From an uncultured Verrucomicrobiota bacterium (GTDB lineage Bacteria; Verrucomicrobiota; CALLYA01): a DNA stretch of 42,547 bases. The first letter of the stretch is position 1, and each line of letters opens with the position of its first letter. The stretch spans positions 1 to 42,547 of the forward strand of contig CALLYA010000181.1 in NCBI GenBank assembly GCA_937875495.1, read 5' to 3'. This document shows, piece by piece, positions 35,564 to 42,443 of the stretch. Position numbers and translations under genes: made by a program. The notes below the pieces were generated by a model. It ran no database searches, was not told the DNA's origin, and saw nothing but the letters and a program-made list of their open reading frames with translations.

Positions 35564-35626
35564 CTCCTAACGTATACCTTCACTTTCGGCGCGGTACGTG
35601 CCGTATAGCGCAAGGCTTGGTTAGGC
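35564..35626 (-). repeat. attC-like site, CTTTCGGCGCG subfamily (63 bp)
   Basis: Minus strand AAAATGGCCTAACCAAGCC...CGCGCCGAAAGTGAAGG-tatac-GTTAGGA-GGccaacATG. The TAA of ORF 35621 lies inside GCCTAAC. Confidence 0.7.
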
Positions 35627-35836
35627 CATTTTATTGAATCGTTCCCGAACTCGGTCCATGTACTCCGGAGAAACATGCCAGTCTACCAGGCCGCACTTGG
35701 AGCAGACTATGAGTGTGAACTTCGGGATGCAAAATGCCCCCAAAGGCAGAAGAGCGGGTCCATAACCGCCATTTGCCGCAACCTTCTTTGAGAAGAATTC
35801 GTTGTTGCCGCATTTGCGGCAGCTGTTGGTTTTCAT
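35621..35836 (-). CDS. small Zn-ribbon protein, 71 aa (cassette)
   Basis: CRKCGN...CSKCG, two CxxC pairs. Confidence 0.6.
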   Translation of the reverse strand: MKTNSCRKCGNNEFFSKKVAANGGYGPALLPLGAFCIPKFTLIVCSKCGLVDWHVSPEYMDRVRERFNKMA

Positions 35837-35855
35837 GTTCTTTACATTGTCCTTT

Positions 35856-35903
35856 GCATAACGCCGCCGTTCACCAGCCGCTTGCGGCCGCGCGGCTGTA
35901 TGC
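35856..35903 (-). repeat. short attC-like site
   Basis: Minus strand GCATAC-AGCCGC...GCGGCT...GTTATGC, with complementary ends and a 6-7 bp inner stem. Confidence 0.4.
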
Positions 35904-35911
35904 GGTATGAA

Positions 35912-36256
35912 TCATGGTGTCAGTTTGGTGGTGATGGTCAATGCTGGGAAACAGAGTCCCATCATCAGAATCGTGAGGACGAGGCACTCCAGGAGGGCGA
36001 TGCCACAAGTCCACCAGAGAATGCGTTTCCGAAGATAAGAAACGAGCAGCCCTGCGATCAGCAAGACCGCGGCAATCACCGGAACGAACCGCATCCACTG
36101 GAGGGATAGAACCGTAATCTGAGCGAGCTTGGCCCCCTCAAGAATCTCGCTCCAGTGCCGATGGAACGACCCGTGGGCAACATGCATACCGTAGCCGTTT
36201 CCGATCTGAGCGATCAGCCCGGAAATCCCGGCCAAGAAGTCTATGTTCCGTTTCAT
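35912..36256 (-). CDS. hypothetical membrane protein, 114 aa (cassette)
   Basis: Three to four hydrophobic helices. Confidence 0.55.
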   Translation of the reverse strand: MKRNIDFLAGISGLIAQIGNGYGMHVAHGSFHRHWSEILEGAKLAQITVLSLQWMRFVPVIAAVLLIAGLLVSYLRKRILWWTCGIALLECLVLTILMMGLCFPALTITTKLTP

Positions 36257-36304
36257 CTTATCTGAAAGAATATCCCAAATCAGCCAACCGCCGGAAGCTT
36301 ACCG

Positions 36305-36808
36305 TCAGGCCAGTTGTAGGGGTTCAGCTGGGTGCAACAGTTGGGCGCTTTGCAGTCCCCCGACCTTGGTCAATCGTACGGTCAACCACAGGCGCCAGTC
36401 TGACGCCGGGTCTGATCGCAGCTCCCAGGCGCCAGCGAATACGTTGCCCGACTCCTGGAACCTACCGACGAATCTTACGCCGTCGCCGATGAAGGTCCAT
36501 TGATCGTCCTGGACGGTGGCCTGCATAGTGTTTTTCCCGCCTTGGCTGTCAAATGACTGCATGCTGAAGCTCTTGTTGTCAGGATCGAAGCCGATGATCT
36601 CAATTCCCTTGGTGTTGCCACTTGGCATCTCAGCATCCCATCGATGGATGAGGAAGACTCCGCCGGCCAACCACTCGTAGATGTCCGTTGGTTCATACCT
36701 TGTGGATGCTTCGAGGGAATCTCCCTTTACCTCACCGCTGGGCTTTCACGTTCCAACAAATCGGTCGAGCATCGCGTGGTCGAACGTTGCACCGGTCTGA
36801 GTTTTCAT
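36305..36808 (-). pseudogene. DUF1579-like beta-barrel protein interrupted by an in-frame TGA at 36746..36748 (cassette)
   Basis: ATG at 36808 gives MKTQTGATFDHAMLDRFVGT-TGA-KPSGEVKGDS...EWLAGGVFLIHRW..., all in one frame. The stop sits where the family has a conserved Trp (F-x-G-x-W). Confidence 0.55.
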
Positions 36809-36913
36809 GATGACGTTGCCTCCAATCCCATAGTATCAGCACATCCTTCCAAATCGAGGCCCCCCAACGTTACCGTTGAGGCGCTTCGGAAGCCCCGCCG
36901 TCACCGGCGCGGA

Positions 36914-37240
36914 TTACGAATTCGCCTCGGACGGCTTGCTTGCCGCCTGGTTTTTCTTGAACTCGAATCTGAACCGCAAAATCTTGATGACCGCGGCAAG
37001 AAAGCATGCGAATCCGGACACGGTTGCGCCAATGAACAGACCCCAGATCATCCCGACGGCGAATGCGTAACGGGTGACGGATGTTCCGGCTTCAGGACCG
37101 AACACACTCTTCACGAAATCTGGTGAAATGGCGGCAACCAACGCGCCGAAGGCGCCGCCCAGGAGGGCCGACAGCAACGACCCCACCACAATGAAGACGA
37201 AGAACCAGATTGCTCCCTTGATTGCGTTCTCAGTACTCAT
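36914..37240 (-). CDS. hypothetical membrane protein, 108 aa (cassette)
   Basis: Three hydrophobic helices and a basic C-terminal tail. Confidence 0.55.
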   Translation of the reverse strand: MSTENAIKGAIWFFVFIVVGSLLSALLGGAFGALVAAISPDFVKSVFGPEAGTSVTRYAFAVGMIWGLFIGATVSGFACFLAAVIKILRFRFEFKKNQAASKPSEANS

Positions 37241-37393
37241 TTCTCTGTCCTTTCTCGTTCCCGTACCCGTACACGCTCTCCTGTTCGCGAACCTGGTTCC
37301 CTCGCGCGGTCAGGGTCCAGCACACCGTGTAACCCCACGCCGCGAAGTCTAGAGCTACCCGGTAGACATCCAACTTCTCGTGATCTATTTCCA
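37230..37393 (-). pseudogene. internally deleted four-helix-bundle gene remnant
   Basis: MEIDHEKLDVYRVALDFAAWGY is fused to ...ARGNQVREQESVYGYG. The leader carries the GTACGCGTAC palindrome, as at 13351..13405. Confidence 0.5.
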
Positions 37394-37715
37394 TTCGCAT
37401 CCTCCTGCACTGGAACGTGTACCGCTTCGCTGTGTACGCGTACGATTCTGGGCCCAGCGTCGCAAATGAGGATTTGGCGCGGCTACGTGACAATATCCTT
37501 CATTTGTCTTGTTCGGCATTGTTCTTTCTTTCTGAACGGCGCATAGCGATCTACTGCTCGCTTTGATTCCCTGTGCACTCAATCGTCAGTGATGATGCTG
37601 CGTTGTCAAGGGGGCCAAGGTTGGGCACGTCGTGATGTTCCTTGTGTGGGGTGGCGTAGTCGTTCATGCGTATCCGTTCGTGTCGGGTAAGATGGGGGGG
37701 GGCGAACGTCACGGA

Positions 37716-37970
37716 TCAGGCGCGAGTTTTCGAGTCGCCTGCATCCACTTTGTAATGCTTAATTTTCTGTTTCCGAGAATTCACGGCAACCCCGGCGACG
37801 ATCATGCCCAAGCCAGCAATCAGCGCCAGTGTAGACCACTTGTCAAACAATTGCCGACATAGCCATACGAGGCCTGAAACAGTTTTGCACTCCAACTCTT
37901 CCCTCCCCCCATGTAGATAGAGGCCGGCTGCAGCGGCTTGTTGGGCGGCATTCATGGAAAGCTCGGGCAT
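37716..37970 (-). CDS. hypothetical small membrane protein, 84 aa
   Basis: ORF 18 nt downstream of the VOC gene, with one TM helix. Confidence 0.45.
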   Translation of the reverse strand: MPELSMNAAQQAAAAGLYLHGGREELECKTVSGLVWLCRQLFDKWSTLALIAGLGMIVAGVAVNSRKQKIKHYKVDAGDSKTRA

Positions 37971-37988
37971 CTGACTGGACGAGCACGA

Positions 37989-38450
37989 CTACGCCTCGTT
38001 GTAGGCTCTTTCGAGCTCCGCCACGTCGAGCTTCACCATCGTCATCATGGCTTCCATCACAGCCTTCACCTTCCTGGGGTCCCTATCACGGATCAGCTCT
38101 GTGAATCGTCTCGGGACAATTTGCCAGGAGAGGCCGAATGGGTCTTTAATCCAACCGCATTGCGTGGGCATTGCGCCTGCCTTCAAGAGCTTGTCCCAGT
38201 ATTCATCCACTTCATCCTGATCGGCGCAGTCCACGTAGAACGAGACCCCCTCAGAGAAGCTGAAGTACGGACCTCCGTTGTAGCCCATGAAGAGTTGACC
38301 ACCAACGACGAACTCCGCGGAGCTGATGGGACCGTCCTTGCCCGTGCGGGCGACGTTGCGTACTTCGGAGTTCGGAAACGTCGCGGTATAGAACTCGATC
38401 GCCGCTTCAAGCTGGTCGTTGAACATGAGGAAAGGTGTCACTTTGTTCAT
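37989..38450 (-). CDS. VOC/glyoxalase-superfamily protein (PhnB / 3-demethylubiquinone-9 3-methyltransferase-like)
   Basis: VTPFLMFNDQLEAAIEFY...GGQLFMGYNGGP...CGWIKDPFGLSWQIVP is the typical family pattern. Confidence 0.8.
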   Translation of the reverse strand: MNKVTPFLMFNDQLEAAIEFYTATFPNSEVRNVARTGKDGPISSAEFVVGGQLFMGYNGGPYFSFSEGVSFYVDCADQDEVDEYWDKLLKAGAMPTQCGWIKDPFGLSWQIVPRRFTELIRDRDPRKVKAVMEAMMTMVKLDVAELERAYNEA

Positions 38451-38501
38451 GGAAGTGTCCCATCTTTGAGGGCGATGCTTTTCTCCGCCCAACGTTGAGT
38501 T

Positions 38502-38756
38502 TCACCGGACAAAATGAGCGCAGCTCATTTTGGTACGGTCGAAACTTTCGTTCGAATTAATTTCATTTTTTGTCTTTTTCCAAGAAAGCTCAGGTCTATC
38601 ATTTACCCGGATCAAAAGTCGAAAGGCAAACCAGAGCAAGATCAGCGTGACTATTTGAATTGTCGATAAAACGACACAGAGCAGGATGCCCTCAAGCAGC
38701 AAGACCTCACTCAGAAATGTGATGGGGCCTCTCAGGCTGTGATTATCTACTCGCAT
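38502..38756 (-). CDS. hypothetical small membrane protein, 84 aa, AT-rich (cassette)
   Basis: Two hydrophobic helices. Its stop abuts the juxtaposed cores ACTCAAC|GTTGGGC (38487..38500). Confidence 0.45.
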   Translation of the reverse strand: MRVDNHSLRGPITFLSEVLLLEGILLCVVLSTIQIVTLILLWFAFRLLIRVNDRPELSWKKTKNEINSNESFDRTKMSCAHFVR

Positions 38757-38780
38757 AATTTCTCTATTCGAACAGAAATA

Positions 38781-38947
38781 AGGTGGATCCGTCTATCAGC
38801 CGGAGTTGTCCCTCCCGGTCCGTATACAACCCCTTGGCTATCTTGGCATAAAACAGGACAAGCAATTCATTGTCAACACATTGCGAGCTCCTTTGGTTTT
38901 TATTCAGCATGTTATGGAGATCCGTCTATCTTCCCTTATTGCCCAGT
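38781..38947. repeat. 167-bp repeat, copy 1 (filled form)
   Basis: AGGTGGATCCGTCTATC-[135 bp]-GGAGATCCGTCTATCTTCCCTTATTGCCCAGT. The ends reconstitute the 34-bp short form at 27487. Confidence 0.85.
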
Positions 38948-39185
38948 GCGTCCAGTCAGTGAAACCGAAAACTTGCGCTACTCGTTGGCCGCACGCCAGG
39001 CCGAAGCGTTTGAACGGTGCGGATGCCGAGACGGCATCGTCTCCGACGACGAGTACTTCTTCGGGAACAGGCCCGTGATGCTTCAGGATCTGTTCAAAGA
39101 CCTCCTGCTTGCCGGTTCGCTCGGGGTCGTCAATGGCGTCGATGAATATCGCTGTGAAGTGAGGGGGGAGCTGGAGGGCTGCAAT
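38946..39185 (-). pseudogene. HAD-superfamily hydrolase C-terminal fragment
   Basis: HFTAIFIDAIDD...GKQEVFEQILKHHGPVPEEVLVVGDD shows HAD motifs III/IV. The N-terminal half is replaced by mosaic repeat copy C. Confidence 0.5.
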
Positions 39186-39196
39186 CTTGCTCGTGC

Positions 39197-39546
39197 CCGT
39201 CCGAAAACCGTGTTGGCCCACAACGAAAGGTCTCCGGGGCTGAATGGGGAGGACAGGAAGGGGGGAGGGAAGGTGAAAGGAAAACTTGGAAGACGCGAAG
39301 ACACGAAGGTCCGGAAGGAGAGGTTTCCTTGGGGGTTGCTGTGATCCCTGCAAATGCCTGATCCGCTGAAAACGGTACACCTGACCAATTCCCCAAAGAG
39401 GTAGGGATCAGAGCATCAACCCTACCCACCCCCATGCCCAGGTCGAAAACGCCACCGCGCCCTCTGCGCCCATTGCGGGAGGCTCTTCGCATCCTGATGG
39501 GAAAGCCAGGCTGGGATGCGGCTGCCTTTTCGGACGACCTCCAGCT
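39197..39546 (+). repeat. mosaic dispersed repeat, copy C (most complete, inverted termini)
   Basis: It starts CGTCCGAAAACC and ends CCTTTTCGGACGACCTCCAG, which are inverted. The internal modules are shared with copies A, B, D and E. Confidence 0.8.
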
Positions 39547-39762
39547 CTCTTGAAGGCGTCGGAAGCCCGAAGTCACGAATGCAACAGGTCGACCAAGGTC
39601 GTTGCCTGATCCTAAACACGAATGTTTTCCCGTGGATCATACCCGTGAACATACGCTTTTGTCATGGTCAAGTTCTCCCAGCCTGCGATCAGCATCAGCG
39701 CCGTCCGCAGCACGCTGTTGTTGGGCGGTTTTTTTAACAAATCTGTGCTTACCAACATAGGG

Positions 39763-41583
39763 CTAAAGGGGCCAGAACCAAAGGATCGTTGGGACACCCA
39801 CGACCACCACCAACACGGAGAGGGGCAGACCCATTCGCCAGTAGTCGCCGAACCTGTACCCGCCCGGCGCCATGACCATCGCGTTGGACTGGTGGCCGAT
39901 GGGCGTCAGAAACGCACAGGAAGCGCCGACCGCCACACACATCAAAAAAGGGTCTGCATTGGCGCCGATGGCGTGGGACAGGCTGGCGGCAATCGGCGCC
40001 ATCAAAATAGCCGCCGCTGCATTGTTGACAATATTGCTCAACAGCATCGTTCCGACCATCAGAATCGCAAGCGTCGCCGCCGGCGGGGTGGCCTGCGCGA
40101 CTCCGTGCAACTGATCAGCGATCAGGTTGGCGGCCCCGGTGGTTTCAAAGGCGTTGCCGATGGGAATCATCGCCCCCAATAGCACCACCACTGGCCAGTC
40201 AATACTTTTGTACGCGTCGGTCGGTGACAGCAGCCCGGCAACAATCAGTACCAACGCCGCACAGGTCAGGGCGATCTGGGCGGGCAACACATTCACCGCC
40301 ACCAGCGTCATCGCAACCGCGAAAATGCCGACCGGCAACAGCACCTTGCGCGGCTTTCCGATGCGCAGTCCGCGCTCGGCCAGGGGCAAACAGCCCAGCT
40401 CCGACAACGTGGACGGCATCGACTTGGCCCCGCCCTGAAGCAACAATATGTCCGCGGCCATAAACCGAATGCACCCCAGTCGTTCCTGAATCCGCTTGCC
40501 GCGACGGGCGACGGCAATGACGTTAACCCCGTACCGCTCACGCAGCAAAAGACGGGATGCGGTCTTTCCGATCAGCAGCGATTCAGACGCGACAATGGCC
40601 TCAAGCACACTGACTTCGTCGGATTCAATCGACTTGTTGGGTTTACCTTTTTCATCCTCTTTTTCTTTTCCACCTTCTTCGCCCTCGTCGCCCTTGATGA
40701 ACTCCAGCCCGCCGTCGTCAATCAGGCTCTTGAGGCTGTCCGAATCAGTCTCGACCATCAGGATGTCCCCAGCTCTGAGGACGCGATACATCGACGGGGC
40801 CAAAAAACGCTTGTCGTTGCGGACCAGCCCGACAATCGTAATATCCTCTTTGTTCGGCATCGCCAAGAGCAGATCGTGCAGCGGAAACCCGGCAAACTTG
40901 GATTCTTCCGGAACGCGCAACTCGCTGATATATTCGCTGATCTCAAACAGTTCCCCGGATGCGACATTATTCGTTTGTTTGGGAATCAGACGCCAGCCGA
41001 CCAGCGAGATAAAGACCACCCCGACAAGGGCGACACATACGCCAACCGGCATAAAATCGAACATTCCGAACGGCGTCTCGGCCACATTGGCTCGATACGC
41101 GGAGATAATCATATTGGGCGGCGTCCCGATCAATGTCAACATCCCGCCCAGGAGCGACCCGAATGCCATTGGCATCAACAGCAGCGACGGTGAGCGACCG
41201 CTCTTGCGCGACATCCAGGTCGCCACCGGCATCAGCAGCGCCAGCGCACCAACATTGTTCATAAACCCCGAACACACCGTCACCAGCCCCGTCAGGGCCG
41301 CCACCTGCACCATCGGCCGGTCCCCTACCCGTCCCAGTTGACGCGCGATCAGATCTATCACGCCGGCATTGAACAATGCCTTGCTTACCACCAGCACCGC
41401 CACCACGGTAATAACCGCCGGGTGGCTGAACCCCGAAAACACCTCATCGGCCGGAACGATTCCAGTAATGGTGGCCACCAGCAGCGCCGCCAGCGACACC
41501 ACATCATACCGCCAGCGATTCCAGATAAACAAGGCCATCGTTACGGTGAGGATTCCGAATATGATCCATTGCTGTGTTGTCAT
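39763..41583 (-). CDS. SLC13/DASS-family anion permease with central TrkA-C (RCK_C) domains
   Basis: Two about 6-TM halves (DVVSLAALLVATITGIV...; SPTDAYKSIDWPVVVLLGAMIP...) flank cytoplasmic RCK_C-like segments (LRAGDILMVE; ADILLLQG). Confidence 0.8.
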   Translation of the reverse strand: MTTQQWIIFGILTVTMALFIWNRWRYDVVSLAALLVATITGIVPADEVFSGFSHPAVITVVAVLVVSKALFNAGVIDLIARQLGRVGDRPMVQVAALTGLVTVCSGFMNNVGALALLMPVATWMSRKSGRSPSLLLMPMAFGSLLGGMLTLIGTPPNMIISAYRANVAETPFGMFDFMPVGVCVALVGVVFISLVGWRLIPKQTNNVASGELFEISEYISELRVPEESKFAGFPLHDLLLAMPNKEDITIVGLVRNDKRFLAPSMYRVLRAGDILMVETDSDSLKSLIDDGGLEFIKGDEGEEGGKEKEDEKGKPNKSIESDEVSVLEAIVASESLLIGKTASRLLLRERYGVNVIAVARRGKRIQERLGCIRFMAADILLLQGGAKSMPSTLSELGCLPLAERGLRIGKPRKVLLPVGIFAVAMTLVAVNVLPAQIALTCAALVLIVAGLLSPTDAYKSIDWPVVVLLGAMIPIGNAFETTGAANLIADQLHGVAQATPPAATLAILMVGTMLLSNIVNNAAAAILMAPIAASLSHAIGANADPFLMCVAVGASCAFLTPIGHQSNAMVMAPGGYRFGDYWRMGLPLSVLVVVVGVPTILWFWPL

Positions 41584-41616
41584 TCTTTCCTCTCGATCCG
41601 CCTAACGACCCGAGCT

Positions 41617-41856
41617 TCATCTGCAAGCGCGTCCGGCGAAGCCGTTTTGGCTTGCGGAGTGCCTGAGCAGCTCGCATGACAAAAGCGCCTGGTAGCGATG
41701 AGTCTGCAACCCAATAAGAGTACCCATCTTCGGCAGCACCTCGGCAAGTACTTCGTCGAACCTCTCTGCCTGACGTACCCGCCAGTCGAGACCCCTAACT
41801 TGATCCTCCAGGATTACCCTTTGAGCCTTGCCCCCCTGAGGCAGTACAAACTCGAA
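41617..41856 (-). pseudogene. MazF/PemK-type toxin C-terminal fragment
   Basis: FVLPQGGKAQRVILEDQVRGLDWRVRQAERFDEVLAEVLPKM resembles the C-terminal half of PemK-family toxins (..QIRTID..RL...). The N-terminal half is replaced by mosaic repeat copy D. Confidence 0.4.
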
Positions 41857-41858
41857 AA

Positions 41859-42121
41859 GGTATCCGCTTTCCCAACCAGGCTTTCCCATCCGGATCCGGA
41901 GAGTCTCCCGCAGAGGGCGCGGTGGCGTTATCGACCTGCCTATGGGGGTGGGCAGGGCCCAGGCTCTGCACCCGACCTTTTTGGGTAAATTTTGTGATAA
42001 ATCATTTCGGCAGACCAGGCAGTTGCTGAAAACGGCTCCGCTGTAAGTACATCTCCCCCTCCCAATACATCTCTGCGAACTCTGCGGGAGCCCTCCCCAT
42101 CCGGCCCCGGTGACCTTTGGG
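41859..42121 (-). repeat. mosaic dispersed repeat, copy D
   Basis: The reverse complement shares CCCACCCCCAT.GC.AGGTCGA.AACGCCACCGCGCCCTCTGCGGGAG..GATGGGAAAGCC with copies B and C. The plus strand shares GTTGCTGAAAACGG...CCTCCCCATCCGG with copy A. Confidence 0.75.
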
Positions 42122-42382
42122 ATCACGCCCTTCAAGGATGGCCCATTCGCCGTCCTCAAATATGTTTTCCACCAAGCACACCATCTCCGTCGCTGCGAAG
42201 CCTGCCCTAAACATGGCGCAGATGGCTTCTCGGCCCTCGACAAGAGCTTCAGCGACCTGATGGTTGACGGCCGTCTCGCTGTAGAAAGCGGTAAGAGCAT
42301 CGACATCAGCCCGGTTAAATGCCTCTACCCGAGCCTGGACAAGCGCTCTAGCCATCTTGGTTTCCTGAGTGTTCGCTGCCAC
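42002..42382 (-). CDS. SnoaL-like/NTF2-fold protein whose 3' end (below about 42113) is encoded by mosaic repeat D
   Basis: VEAFNRADVDALTAFYSETAVNHQ...EMVCLVENIFEDGEWAILE shows the SnoaL pattern. The tail HRGRMGRAPAEF... is repeat-derived. Confidence 0.5.
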   Translation of the reverse strand: MAANTQETKMARALVQARVEAFNRADVDALTAFYSETAVNHQVAEALVEGREAICAMFRAGFAATEMVCLVENIFEDGEWAILEGRDPKGHRGRMGRAPAEFAEMYWEGEMYLQRSRFQQLPGLPK

Positions 42383-42443
42383 CGAACCAGGTGTTGATTA
42401 GAATTCACCTAATCCCACCATCTGCCGGGAGATAAGTCAAGAA

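Larger units (their letters stand above)
25224..38947 (-). mobile_element. integron-type gene-cassette array (about 18 cassettes), no integrase in the window (CALIN-like)
   Basis: All ORFs are co-oriented. RYYYAAC...GTTRRRY-bounded imperfect palindromes lie between them. Stop codons fall inside GCCTAAC and an RBS plus ATG follow right after the core. The DNA is lower in GC than the flanks. Confidence 0.65.

Noticed and set aside
36746-36748. Selenocysteine or Trp recoding of the in-frame TGA
   Set aside because: I could see no SECIS-like hairpin immediately downstream. TGA is used as a normal stop by many well-supported genes in this window. Nonsense mutation is the simpler reading, and this is kept as a low-probability alternative in the findings.
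37694-37702. G9 homopolymer (and C8 runs at about 13446 and 26787) as phase-variation switches
   Set aside because: They lie in spacers or repeat DNA, not at the 5' end of or inside an intact ORF, or at an identifiable promoter spacer. There is no evidence of length variation from a single sequence.
38947-39762. Search for an integron integrase, attI or Pc at the upstream end of the cassette array, and also at 24711..25223
   Set aside because: No ORF there carries tyrosine-recombinase boxes (R..H-x-x-R..Y, LLGH..TTMIYTH-type). These intervals contain only a HAD fragment, repeats and low-quality ORFs. I therefore call the array integrase-less within this window rather than inventing an intI.
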